A DNA stretch of 32,000 nucleotides from Allobaculum fili (GTDB lineage: Bacteria; Bacillota_I; Bacilli_A; Erysipelotrichales; Erysipelotrichaceae). Positions 15,971 through 24,974 of the stretch are shown here, in pieces. Position 1 is the stretch's first letter, and the number at the start of each line of letters is the position of its first letter. Where the stretch lies: NCBI RefSeq assembly GCF_020969955.1, contig NZ_JAHDSX010000009.1:34682-66681 (forward strand), written 5' to 3'. The position numbers were made by a program, and so were the translations under genes. The notes beneath the pieces are model-generated. The model saw only the letters and a list, made by a program, of their open reading frames with translations. It was not told the origin of the DNA and searched no databases.

Positions 15971-16528
15971 ATGGAAGCCATGAGTAAGCAAAGAGGATCG
16001 GCGAGGGCGGCAGCTTCGTCGAAACAGAAGAAACCGTCCGTCAAGAAGAAAGGACCGGCGGCGCAGAAAAAAGGCACGTACGGCTGGCCAATGACGGCCG
16101 CTCTTTTTGCGGTGCTCTTTTTGATGATCATCTGCCTGTGGGCGCTGTTTATCAGCGGACCGTCCCGCCTTTACGATGAGCAGATCGCCCAGGTGCAGGC
16201 GCGAATTGAAGAACAGGTGCCTCATGTCGAGGGCCTGACGGAAAACAAATTCGCTTTTGTCACCTGGCAGGGCTATACCGATCAGAAGCTGTACTGGTTT
16301 GACGCTCAGGGCGGCATCATTACGGAGCGGGATCTGTCCACGCTCAATTACGAAGCGGCGCGCGAAAAAGCGCGCAGCTCTTACGACATGGATCCGGAAA
16401 CGGTCACGCTCGCGTACGGCTATTCGGCACCGGTGTATCAGCTGCAGTCCGGCGAACAGATCCTCATGCTCGATTACGACACCCTGGACTGGGTATATGA
16501 AAGGAACCTGGTACATGCTCAACCGTGA
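15971..16528 (+). CDS. Membrane-anchored PepSY-like protein, TseB/YpmB-like
   Basis: Basic N-terminus, a single TM segment (TAALFAVLFLMIICLWALFI), then an extracellular alpha/beta-looking domain. Synteny with dnaD-nth as for B. subtilis ypmB. The start is uncertain (ATG 15971 or 15980), and the listed ORF from 15776 is too long. Confidence 0.55.
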   Translation: MEAMSKQRGSARAAASSKQKKPSVKKKGPAAQKKGTYGWPMTAALFAVLFLMIICLWALFISGPSRLYDEQIAQVQARIEEQVPHVEGLTENKFAFVTWQGYTDQKLYWFDAQGGIITERDLSTLNYEAAREKARSSYDMDPETVTLAYGYSAPVYQLQSGEQILMLDYDTLDWVYERNLVHAQP

Positions 16529-17057
16529 AGACTGGTACGCCCCCTGGTTTAACCGTACCGCCTGGATTTTTGAAAATATTGATGCCCTTTCGCTCGAACC
16601 CAATGAAATTCTGACGCTGCTGGCGATCAACTACCTGCAGGAAACGAATCAGCCGGTCATCGCCGAACAGCTGGCTCTGAAAACTGGACTCGATCCGGAA
16701 GCGATTGACGAAGCGATGTCTTCGCTGTCCGACAAGGGGTGCATGACGATCGATACCCGAAACAAGCAGCTGACGATCATGCTCGACTGCCTGCTCGATC
16801 AGGCGCCGGCTGCCGGTCATCCGCTTGAAAAGACGCTGCTGTCCAGCGTGCAGGCGGAATTTGGCCGGACGCTTTCCGCCTCCGAACTCGAACGGCTCAG
16901 TCAGCTTTGCGACACGTACGAACAGTCGACAATTTTGCATGCGCTCGATGAGGCGGCTGTCTACAATAAGCGCTCGATTGCGTACATGGAAGCGCTGCTG
17001 GTCAACTGGAAAGCCAAGGGCTTAAGCGCCCAGGATATTGAAGAGGGAAGACGATGA
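16515..17057 (+). CDS. dnaD: DnaD-domain replication initiation/membrane attachment protein
   Basis: C-terminal DnaD/DnaB_2 repeat signature SASELERLSQLCDTYEQSTILHALDEAAVYNKRSIAYMEALLVNWKAKGL. Start chosen at ATG 16515 (AAAGGA upstream). Located directly upstream of nth. Confidence 0.75.
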   Translation: MLNREDWYAPWFNRTAWIFENIDALSLEPNEILTLLAINYLQETNQPVIAEQLALKTGLDPEAIDEAMSSLSDKGCMTIDTRNKQLTIMLDCLLDQAPAAGHPLEKTLLSSVQAEFGRTLSASELERLSQLCDTYEQSTILHALDEAAVYNKRSIAYMEALLVNWKAKGLSAQDIEEGRR

Positions 17058-17749
17058 AACCGGAAGAAATTCTGGATCAGATTGAAATTCTGTTCCCAAA
17101 TGCCAAATGCGAACTGCTGCACGAAACGCCGTTTCAGCTGCTGGTCGCCGTCGTGCTGTCGGCCCAGACAACGGATGCGGGAGTAAACCGCGTCACGCCG
17201 ACGCTCTTTTCCCGCTGGCCCGATTCGGCTTCGCTGGCCAAGGCGGATGTGCAGGAGGTCGCCGACACCATTCGCAGCATTGGTCTTTATCCGACCAAAT
17301 CCAAAAACATCGTGGAACTCGCCCAGAAGATCGAAGAAGAGTTTCACGGCGAAGTGCCGTCCACGTTCAAGGAACTGCAGTCGCTGCCTGGCGTCGGCCG
17401 CAAGACGGCTAACGTAGTCCGTTCCGTCGCTTTCGACATTCCATCGATGGCCGTCGATACCCATGTGGAGCGGGTTTCCAAGCGTCTGGGTCTGGCCAAG
17501 TTTGACGATGATCCGCTTAAGGTCGAAGAAAAGCTGCGCCGCAAGCTGCCGCGCGAGCGCTGGAATCAGGCCCATCACGACCTCATCTTTTTCGGCCGCT
17601 ATTTTTGTACGGCCCGATTCCCCAAATGCGAAAAGTGCCCGTTTGCCTCGTTTTGTAAACGGGAAAAGTTTGATCTTTACAAGGCACAGAAAATTGATCC
17701 CGACTTTGTGGCCAAGGGTGTCCGGCCAAAACGCAAAGCGTCCAAATAA
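17054..17749 (+). CDS. nth: Endonuclease III (DNA glycosylase/AP lyase)
   Basis: HhH LPGVGRKTANVV, DTHVERV, and 4Fe-4S ligands CTARFPKCEKCPFASFC (C-x6-C-x2-C-x5-C). ATGA overlap with dnaD. Confidence 0.95.
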   Translation: MKPEEILDQIEILFPNAKCELLHETPFQLLVAVVLSAQTTDAGVNRVTPTLFSRWPDSASLAKADVQEVADTIRSIGLYPTKSKNIVELAQKIEEEFHGEVPSTFKELQSLPGVGRKTANVVRSVAFDIPSMAVDTHVERVSKRLGLAKFDDDPLKVEEKLRRKLPRERWNQAHHDLIFFGRYFCTARFPKCEKCPFASFCKREKFDLYKAQKIDPDFVAKGVRPKRKASK

Positions 17750-17777
17750 TTTCCAGACACACTATTGAATCCATTGA

Positions 17778-17826
17778 CGGCTTCTTCAACAATCTTTCCG
17801 ACGGTTTGAAGAAGCCGCTTTTTTTC
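17778..17826 (+). terminator. Rho-independent terminator after nth
   Basis: Perfect 12-bp stem CGGCTTCTTCAA / TTGAAGAAGCCG (17778-17789, 17806-17817) followed by CTTTTTTTC. Confidence 0.75.
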
Positions 17827-17907
17827 TGCCTGCCCGTCTTTCAGGCGGGCGGTTTTCACCGGGAGAAAAGCGTGACGGAATGCGGAAAATAACATGATTT
17901 ACACTCT

Positions 17908-17927
17908 ATTCCACATCATTATGGAAT
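17908..17927. promoter_or_regulatory. Inverted repeat in the AT-rich region upstream of the pilus operon (possible operator)
   Basis: ATTCCA-N8-TGGAAT, in the only AT-rich stretch between the nth terminator and the adhesin gene. No clean -35/-10 could be assigned. Confidence 0.25.
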
Positions 17928-18050
17928 ATTTTTAATCTTTACTCCCACTCTGGCGTGTGATTATCCTTTCTTCAGATCGATCGCGGACTGCAGACGCGAA
18001 AACGGCCGGTCCAAACGGCCGGATCCAGACAAGAAGAAAGGAAAAACGAA

Positions 18051-20705
18051 ATGTTTCAAGCGTTATTCAAGTCGTCCCGGGCTTTTTTATGCGCTTTGAG
18101 TCTGTGCTGCGGCCTCTCGAGTGCCGCCGTGCAGAAGACCGATCCGCCGGACATTCCTGCGCTGACGATGCAGACGAATGAAGGCGGCAGCCTGAGGGCT
18201 GTATTGGAAAGTGAACCGATCGAATGTCCTCCCGGCCAGAAAACAGAGACCGATCTGAAAGGCGCAAAGACTCTCGAAATCGAAGCCGAAAGCCAGCCGG
18301 GCTATGTCATCGAACGACTCGAAATCAATGATGTCCCACAAAGGGATGCGATGCAGAAAGCGTCCTGGAAGAAAATCGTCCCTGTCGAAACGCCGATGGT
18401 TATCCGGGCGCGTTTTGAAAAAGAAGAAATCGGCAGAGCCAGAGCGGATCAGGCAGACGTAGAGGCTTCACAGATCTCCGATCGCTCAAGCGGGGATGCC
18501 TCCTCCAGCTCTTCTCTCGCATCGTCTTCGGAAAACGAGAGCGATCGCGAAACGGAGCAGAAGGAATCCGATCCGTCCAAAGACGGGGCAAACCCAGAAG
18601 AAAACGAAGCCAGTCCTTCTGCTTCACCGGCAGAAAGACGCGCCGCAAAGCCAAAAGCGTCCGGTCTGGTCGTCGAAGGCTATCGCGCCCTGTCCGTTCG
18701 GGTAGGCACTGCCACCGAAAACAACGGACTCTGGCTGCTCTCGAATGGAAAATGGGCGTTTTGCGGCAACTGGCAAAACGGCATGCCCTTGCGGGGCGAT
18801 TCGGCGAGTGCTCCTGTAGAAGTCGATAACCCCGCTTTGCGCAAAGTTCTGTATTACGCGTATAACGGTCCGGCGAACATTCTGATCGCCAAAGGCTATT
18901 CCGAAGAAGCGCAGATCGTCATCACCGATGATCTGGTTTCGGAAGCTCTCGGCAACGGATCGTTTTCGCACAATATCGCTCTGGAGGGCAGCTGGATTCC
19001 CGTCGTTTCAAAACTCTGGGAAGAAATTCAGGCCAAACCCGATCCGACCTTTTACAAAGCCTATATGGTCACCGTCGCTGGACAGTATCTCAACTGGAAC
19101 GGCCATTGGATGCCCAAGCAGCCGCTGCTGTATGGAGAGGGCGAGCCGCCCAAAGAACCGACGCACTGCTGGTTGTGGATGGAAAAAGGCACCACGATGC
19201 CCCAGATTACGGTGTCCAACTCCAAGCGCTATTCGTTTGAGGGGGCGGAATTTGGCGTCTACCAGGGCCTGACGCCCGATGAATCCAAACGGGTGGGAAC
19301 GCTGATCAGTCAGGCCAATGGCGAAACGAATACGCTCGATCTGGAAGAAGGCTGGTACTGCATCAAGGAACTCAAAGCGCCGCCAAACTATCAGCTCTCC
19401 TCCGAAATCCGGACGGTGCATCTCGAAAACGGCAAGACCGTCAAGGAATCGGGAAATGACACGTACTTCCAGGACACGCCGGACTACTTTGTCCCCGGTC
19501 TGATTTTGAAAAAGCAGCACAGCCGGACTCAGTCTTCCACACCGTCGAAAAGTCTGGCCGGGGCGCAGTTTCAAATCGAGTATTACCGGGACGTCAATGT
19601 GAAAGTCAAACCCGGAAAGAAGCCCGTGCCGGCGTATTCGTGGATTTATCAGACCGACAGCCAGGGGCGTCTCAAAATGGACGATTCGCATTTTGTCAGC
19701 GGCGATGAGATTTTCAAAACCGCCGATGGAACGCACGTGCTGCCCGTTGGCTGCGTACTGATCCGCGAAATCAAAGCGCCCGACGGCTACTTTCTCAATC
19801 CGGAAGAAAAGGGTATCGTCCTCGATGACACCGCCATCGACCCGTTTGAAAATCCGCTTATTTTCGAAGAGACGCCCATCGACACCATTCTGTTCAAATA
19901 CGACCGGCAGACCAATGCGCCTTTAGCCGGCGTCGAATTCCGTCTTGGAAAACCGGATGGAACCGAAGAAATTTTAAAAACGGACGAAAACGGCGAAATC
20001 GCCTTTTCCTATGCGACCGATGGAACGTACACGATTCAGGAAGTGCAGCCGCTGCAGGGGTATCAGGCAGCCGCCAATGTGCTGACAGTCATCGTTGAAG
20101 GCGAACGCGTTCAGATCCAGGGTCTGGAGGATGGGCAGCGCCATGAAAACGGCCGCCTGTCCATTCCAAACGATTCAGGCGGCGCAAAACTGAAAATTCA
20201 AAAAGTCGACGAAAACAATGAGCCGCTGCAGGGCGCCGAATTTACTTTGTACGGCGAAGATCGCCAGAGTGTCCTTCAGAAAAAAGAGAGCGGCGAAAAC
20301 GGCGAAATTCATTTTGAAATCGAAGCGGACGGTCTGTATTACATCGCCGAAACGAAAGCGCCTGAAGGCTATCGGATGAAAACGGACGAAACGGGAAATC
20401 CGCTGCTTCATGCGATTCGATTTGCGCGCGATTCGCAGGGCAATTTGCAGATTACAGTCGATTACAAAGGCGAATCCGCCTGGCCAGAAGGCTGGAGTCT
20501 GCAGAAGGACGAAAACGGCCTTCCCGTTCTGAAATGGACAGTTTCCAATGCGAAACAGCTCCTTCTGCCCCAGAGCGGAAGTCAGGAGGCGCTGCTTTTT
20601 AGCGGCATGGCCGTTACGTTGTGTACTGTCGGGCTGCTTATGCGGACGCCCGCATTTAAGCAAAGAGAGAAGAAGAAAAACGGAAAGAGGGGAACAAACG
20701 GATGA
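18051..20705 (+). CDS. Sortase-anchored pilus tip adhesin-like surface protein with multiple Cna-B/SpaA-type Ig-fold domains
   Basis: Signal peptide MFQALFKSSRAFLCALSLCCGLSSAAV and an acidic Ser-rich linker. There are at least four repeats of the G(A/V)(E/Q)F...(E/D)xKAPxxY type (e.g. GAEFTLYGED...YYIAETKAPEGY). C-terminal sorting signal LPQSG (20565-20579) plus hydrophobic segment plus RTPAFKQREKKK. Confidence 0.8.
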   Translation: MFQALFKSSRAFLCALSLCCGLSSAAVQKTDPPDIPALTMQTNEGGSLRAVLESEPIECPPGQKTETDLKGAKTLEIEAESQPGYVIERLEINDVPQRDAMQKASWKKIVPVETPMVIRARFEKEEIGRARADQADVEASQISDRSSGDASSSSSLASSSENESDRETEQKESDPSKDGANPEENEASPSASPAERRAAKPKASGLVVEGYRALSVRVGTATENNGLWLLSNGKWAFCGNWQNGMPLRGDSASAPVEVDNPALRKVLYYAYNGPANILIAKGYSEEAQIVITDDLVSEALGNGSFSHNIALEGSWIPVVSKLWEEIQAKPDPTFYKAYMVTVAGQYLNWNGHWMPKQPLLYGEGEPPKEPTHCWLWMEKGTTMPQITVSNSKRYSFEGAEFGVYQGLTPDESKRVGTLISQANGETNTLDLEEGWYCIKELKAPPNYQLSSEIRTVHLENGKTVKESGNDTYFQDTPDYFVPGLILKKQHSRTQSSTPSKSLAGAQFQIEYYRDVNVKVKPGKKPVPAYSWIYQTDSQGRLKMDDSHFVSGDEIFKTADGTHVLPVGCVLIREIKAPDGYFLNPEEKGIVLDDTAIDPFENPLIFEETPIDTILFKYDRQTNAPLAGVEFRLGKPDGTEEILKTDENGEIAFSYATDGTYTIQEVQPLQGYQAAANVLTVIVEGERVQIQGLEDGQRHENGRLSIPNDSGGAKLKIQKVDENNEPLQGAEFTLYGEDRQSVLQKKESGENGEIHFEIEADGLYYIAETKAPEGYRMKTDETGNPLLHAIRFARDSQGNLQITVDYKGESAWPEGWSLQKDENGLPVLKWTVSNAKQLLLPQSGSQEALLFSGMAVTLCTVGLLMRTPAFKQREKKKNGKRGTNG

Positions 20706-22540
20706 GTCACAAAAGACGATGGCCGCAGGCGCTGGCTTTAAGCGCCGTCCTGGGACTGAGCGGCATGACGGCTATGTATACGCCGCTTCTGGTCCATCCA
20801 GTTCTGGCGGCGCAGACGTGCACCATTACGCTGCACCCGGGAAATACCGGATCGCTGGCGGGACGCAAGTTTGAACTGTATCGCCTGATGGATGCTCAGG
20901 AAGCCGAAGATGGAAGTTCCATTCACTACACGATCAACCCGTTATGCAAGCCGGCGCTCGTTCGAACGATCTGCGATCGAAAAGGCATTGCGCTCCAGGA
21001 CATGACGGACCAGCAGATCCTGGACGAAGTCGAAACGTATCGCACGATTGTCGGCCAGCCGGAAGGCGTTCAGTCCGATTTCCGGCAGTTTGTTGAAAGT
21101 CTGCGTCCCAATCTGATGCAGTATGCCAATCCGGAAAAGCGGGTAACGATTACGCAGGCGGACGTATCCGCGGCGGACGGATCGTATGTGTTCAAAAATC
21201 TTAAGCCGGGCTGGTATCTGCTCAATGAAGCCGACATCCCCTCAAGCGCGCAGACTCATCAGGCCGCTTCGCTTTGCGTGGTGGATACGTGGACGAAAAA
21301 CATGGACGTGCAGCTGAAAGGAAGCGTGCCGCAGCTGATCAAGAAAATTGAAGAAGACGATCAGAATGTCGGCTGGAACGATATCGGCGATTACCAGGGC
21401 GGGCAGAACATTCCGTATCGCATCGATGTCGCCGTGCCGTCGATGGAGGAATACGATACGTACTTCATGAAAATCCACGATGTGATGGACGCCGGTCTGA
21501 CTCTGCATCCGGATTCCATTCGCTGCAGCTTTGTGGAAGGCAGCCAGATCAAAACCATTCCCGCCGGTCAGTATCGGGTCGAAACCGGAACGGAAGGCGA
21601 AACGTTTGCGGTTTGTTTTGACGACGTGAAGGGGCTGGTAAATTCCATTCTGCCCAAATTCGATGCTGCAGGAAATCACGTGTACGGCCAGACGCTGCGC
21701 ATCGAATTTGAAGGCGAATTCAATGAAAACGCCTTTACCAGCGGCGAAGGCATGACCGCGCAGGAAAACGATGCGCGTCTGGAGTATTCCAGTGATCCGC
21801 GTGCGGACGGGCAGGGAAAGCACAACTTCACCCCATGGGATACCGTTGTCAGCTATTCCTATGCGCTGAAGGCGACAAAGATCAATGACGCCGACAAGCC
21901 GCTTAAGGATGCAGCCTTCCGCCTGTATGAAGACGAAGCGTGCACCCGGGAAATTCTGCTTCGACCAGCGAAAGACGGCTATTTTGTTATGAACGAAAAC
22001 GCAATTGCGCAAAATCCGGATCTGAAAAAGCAGGCGGTCGAAATGGTCACCGGCGCCGACGGGATTTTCCGCATTTACGGACTGGATCAGGGCAGCGTCT
22101 ATTTGAAGGAAACGCGCGCGCCGCAAGGCTATCGCGGACTGTCGAAACCCGTTCAGCTCGATGTGCTTCCGACGTTTACCAATCAGCGCGATGAATACAC
22201 AGCCGGCGATAAGGATCTCGATCGCAAAACCCTGAATACGCTCGAAGCCAGAGCGGTCATTACCAACCATGTGCTCGGCCAGGACGAACGCGTGGAAAAA
22301 GTACTCGAAACGTCAATCCATCCTTTGGCCCTCTATATGGATGTGGTCAACCGGACGTCTCTCGTTCTGCCTCTGAGCGGATCGAGTACAGCGCTGGTTT
22401 CTTTCGGCGCGAGCGGCCTGCTCGTTATCGGCGGACTGAGTCTGGGTCTGGCCAGCCGCCGCAAATCCAAAGCGGAAGACGAAATGGAAAACGCTGAATC
22501 TGGAAAACAAAAAAATCGAAAGAAAGGTCCGAAGCAATGA
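20702..22540 (+). CDS. Isopeptide-forming fimbrial (shaft/backbone) pilin
   Basis: Signal peptide, N-domain GRKFELYRL, VPQLIKKIEEDD at the start of the middle domain, and E-box VYLKETRAPQGY. Sorting signal LPLSG (22367-22381) plus TM plus SRRKSK. ATGA coupling to the adhesin gene. Confidence 0.8.
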   Translation: MSHKRRWPQALALSAVLGLSGMTAMYTPLLVHPVLAAQTCTITLHPGNTGSLAGRKFELYRLMDAQEAEDGSSIHYTINPLCKPALVRTICDRKGIALQDMTDQQILDEVETYRTIVGQPEGVQSDFRQFVESLRPNLMQYANPEKRVTITQADVSAADGSYVFKNLKPGWYLLNEADIPSSAQTHQAASLCVVDTWTKNMDVQLKGSVPQLIKKIEEDDQNVGWNDIGDYQGGQNIPYRIDVAVPSMEEYDTYFMKIHDVMDAGLTLHPDSIRCSFVEGSQIKTIPAGQYRVETGTEGETFAVCFDDVKGLVNSILPKFDAAGNHVYGQTLRIEFEGEFNENAFTSGEGMTAQENDARLEYSSDPRADGQGKHNFTPWDTVVSYSYALKATKINDADKPLKDAAFRLYEDEACTREILLRPAKDGYFVMNENAIAQNPDLKKQAVEMVTGADGIFRIYGLDQGSVYLKETRAPQGYRGLSKPVQLDVLPTFTNQRDEYTAGDKDLDRKTLNTLEARAVITNHVLGQDERVEKVLETSIHPLALYMDVVNRTSLVLPLSGSSTALVSFGASGLLVIGGLSLGLASRRKSKAEDEMENAESGKQKNRKKGPKQ

Positions 22541-23397
22541 AAAAGCGCGGCCAGAGAGCGGGTCGTAAAAAGAACATCCGAAAGACGCTTTCCCTCCTTC
22601 TGATCGTTCTGGGTCTTGGCTTCAGCATGCTGCCGGCGCTTTCTTTTTCCTGGACGAAGGCGGCGCAGGAAGACAGTGTGCGCTCCATGCTCCAGACACC
22701 GCAGAAGAGCGATGTTCAAAAACTCGAGGCGATCGATCAGAACGCCAGGCGCTACAATCAGGCACTTGCGCAGGATCTGGACGGGGCTTTTCCTTCCCGG
22801 GAGCAGGACGGCTATGAAGAACAGCTCGACTGGAACGGCAATTCGATCATGGGTTCGATTTCCATTCCCAAAATCGGGGTCCATCTGCCGATTTATCCCA
22901 GAGCCAGTGCGCAGAGCATGGCCAGCGGAGCCGGACATGTGGAATGGTCTTCGCTGCCCTGCGGCGGGAAAGGCAGTCATTGCCTGCTTTCTTCGCACCG
23001 GGGCATGGCGAGCGCGATGCTGTTTACGCGCCTGGATGAGCTGGAAGAAGGGGATCTGTTTCTGATCGAAAATCCGCTCGAGACGCTTGCCTATCGCGTC
23101 TGCGACATTCAGGTAGTGGAACCGTCCAAAACGGAGAAGCTGAAAATCGATCCGGAGGAAGATCGGGTGACGCTCATTACGTGTACGCCCTTTGGCATCA
23201 ATTCACACCGTCTTTTAGTAAGCGGGATGCGCACGGAATATACCCAGGATATGGAAGAAGAGCGTCAGAGCGCTTCGCCGATGCTTTCGGTTTCTTCGCC
23301 GGTTTCCCGGCTGTTTCTGCTCGTGCCGGCTGCCCTGTTCGGTCTGGTCGGACTCGTTTTTCTGGCGCGCTTTTTCGCTCATAGGAAAAGACGCTGA
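22537..23397 (+). CDS. Class C (pilus-assembling) sortase
   Basis: N-terminal and C-terminal TM segments. Catalytic His in HCLLSSHRG, TLITCTP (TLxTC Cys) and Arg in HRLLVSGMR. ATGA coupling to the pilin gene. Confidence 0.9.
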   Translation: MKKRGQRAGRKKNIRKTLSLLLIVLGLGFSMLPALSFSWTKAAQEDSVRSMLQTPQKSDVQKLEAIDQNARRYNQALAQDLDGAFPSREQDGYEEQLDWNGNSIMGSISIPKIGVHLPIYPRASAQSMASGAGHVEWSSLPCGGKGSHCLLSSHRGMASAMLFTRLDELEEGDLFLIENPLETLAYRVCDIQVVEPSKTEKLKIDPEEDRVTLITCTPFGINSHRLLVSGMRTEYTQDMEEERQSASPMLSVSSPVSRLFLLVPAALFGLVGLVFLARFFAHRKRR

Positions 23398-23469
23398 ATG
23401 CCTGCCTTATCGAAATACAAAACGATAAAGCAGGAGGCTTGTTTTTAAAGTTGGAAAGGAGAATGTGAT

Positions 23470-24495
23470 TTGAATCGAATCCGACAGCTTCTCATATCGC
23501 TGCTGATGTGTCTTTGCCTGTCCGGTCTGCCCGTTCGCGCAGCCGAAATCGATGCGGCCAGCGAAGAGTCGCCTTCTCCGGCGATTCTGATCGAGCTGGA
23601 AGAGACGGAAGACCATCGAAATGGGCACGATGTGGAATTTGAGCTGTACCAGTGTGCCCGGCTCGAAAACGGCGGCTTCGAATATCTGGACGGGTATAAA
23701 AACTGTTCCCTGCAGCCGGAAGATCTTCAAAGCGCCGACGCCCTCTACAAGGCGCTCGACATTTTATCCGCGGCGAAAGGCAAGCCGATCGCTACATGTA
23801 CGAGCGATAAAAACGGTCAGGCACTCTTTGAAACCGGCGAATGCGGTCTGTTTCTGATCCATACGTCCAGGCCGTCCGGCTACAACCGGATTCCGGATTT
23901 TCTTTGCGCGCTTCCCGTGTTTAACGAGGAAAACGGTTCGCTCGAATACCGGGTAAAAGTCAGCGCCAAGTCGCTGCCGCTGCCAGTCGTGCAAATCGTC
24001 AAGACTGACGAAGACGGAAAAGCCATTACGTCAAAAAACTTTGCGTTTTCCGCCTATCGGGATGAAGAGTGCAAGAATCTGCGCAACGAAGTCGCCGGCG
24101 ATCCCAAAAACGGCTTTGCGCGCTTCACGCTCGATCTGGGAGAAACCATTTATATTCGGGAAACCAAAGCGCCTGAAGGCTATGATCTGAGTTCACGGAT
24201 CGTCAAAGCCGAGCTGCTCGAAGACGGTCAGCTTTTTATTGACGAAAGGCTGCAGACGCAAAACGCGCTGACCATTGCAGTACCGTACGCCGATCGAAAG
24301 AGCAGCCCGACACCGCAGCCTGGTACAAATCCCCCGTCGACGAATACGAAAACACCGCCAAGCACGCTCAGAAGTCCGCAAACCGGATCGCAAACGCACT
24401 ACCGCGATCTGCTGCTTCTGTTTGGAGCCATGTGGATGCTTCTGCTTGGCCTGATCGCCCTTCAAAGAAAGCTGGATCGAAAGAAAACCCAGTAA
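23470..24495 (+). CDS. Minor (base-type) pilin with Cna-B domain
   Basis: TTG start 8 nt after AAAGGAG, with a signal peptide. E-box IYIRETKAPEGY and a Pro/Thr-rich stalk. Sorting signal SPQTG (24373-24387) plus TM plus QRKLDRKK. Confidence 0.8.
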   Translation: MNRIRQLLISLLMCLCLSGLPVRAAEIDAASEESPSPAILIELEETEDHRNGHDVEFELYQCARLENGGFEYLDGYKNCSLQPEDLQSADALYKALDILSAAKGKPIATCTSDKNGQALFETGECGLFLIHTSRPSGYNRIPDFLCALPVFNEENGSLEYRVKVSAKSLPLPVVQIVKTDEDGKAITSKNFAFSAYRDEECKNLRNEVAGDPKNGFARFTLDLGETIYIRETKAPEGYDLSSRIVKAELLEDGQLFIDERLQTQNALTIAVPYADRKSSPTPQPGTNPPSTNTKTPPSTLRSPQTGSQTHYRDLLLLFGAMWMLLLGLIALQRKLDRKKTQ

Positions 24496-24521
24496 AAAAG
24501 CACCCGCCAAAAAGCAGGTGC
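24494..24521 (-). terminator. Terminator-like hairpin downstream of the DUF4298 gene (minus strand)
   Basis: Minus strand reads GCACC-loop-GGTGC followed by TTTTTT. The stem is short (5 bp). Confidence 0.4.
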
Positions 24522-24585
24522 AAAACGGTACGATCGATCCGACGGTCCGCCCAGAAGCGGGCCGGTACAAAGATCGCTGGTGTGC

Positions 24586-24912
24586 TTATTTTGAATCGTT
24601 TGGATTGAGCAGTTTCTGCCAGAGGTTCAGCTCGGTTCGAAGATCTTCACACTGTTCATCGAGTGTCTGAAACAAATTGTAGAGACCATCTTCGCTGAAA
24701 ATTCCGGAAGACTGATTTTCAGGCAGGGGATGGTTTTCTTCATAATCGCGATCCGCCAGCCAGTTGCCGTTAAAATACCAGTCATACAGCTCGCTCAGAC
24801 TGTCCTGACCGGCTTTCAGCGCGTCCAGAAGCTGACTCATCTGGCTGGACAGGTCTTCGAGGTCCTGCATTTTCTTTTCGCGCTTTGCGCACATTCGTTC
24901 AAAATCGTTCAT
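24586..24912 (-). CDS. Small coiled-coil protein, probably DUF4298 family
   Basis: AAAGGAGG RBS, 108 aa. The pattern ...LSELYDWYFNGNWLADRDYEENHPLPENQSSGIFSEDGLYNL... matches my recollection of the DUF4298 consensus (Y..G.W..D...D....LP......GVLSEDGLYNLL). Confidence 0.6.
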   Translation of the reverse strand: MNDFERMCAKREKKMQDLEDLSSQMSQLLDALKAGQDSLSELYDWYFNGNWLADRDYEENHPLPENQSSGIFSEDGLYNLFQTLDEQCEDLRTELNLWQKLLNPNDSK

Positions 24913-24974
24913 GGCTTTTCCTCCTTTAAAGGGATGGCCTTATGCATATACCTTAAAGAAGGCCGATCGAGGAA

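Noticed and set aside
18762-18914. Thioester (TED) domain call for the adhesin, based on AFCGNWQNGMP (Cys238) and EEAQIVITD (Gln288).
   Set aside because: The Cys-Gln distance (~50 aa) is far shorter than in known TEDs (~150 aa), and there is no TQxA(I/V)W motif. It is kept only as an open question in the adhesin-head finding.
18051-24495. Pilus locus as a horizontally acquired island.
   Set aside because: There are no flanking tRNA, integrase, direct repeats or obvious composition shift by eye, so island status cannot be supported from this window alone.
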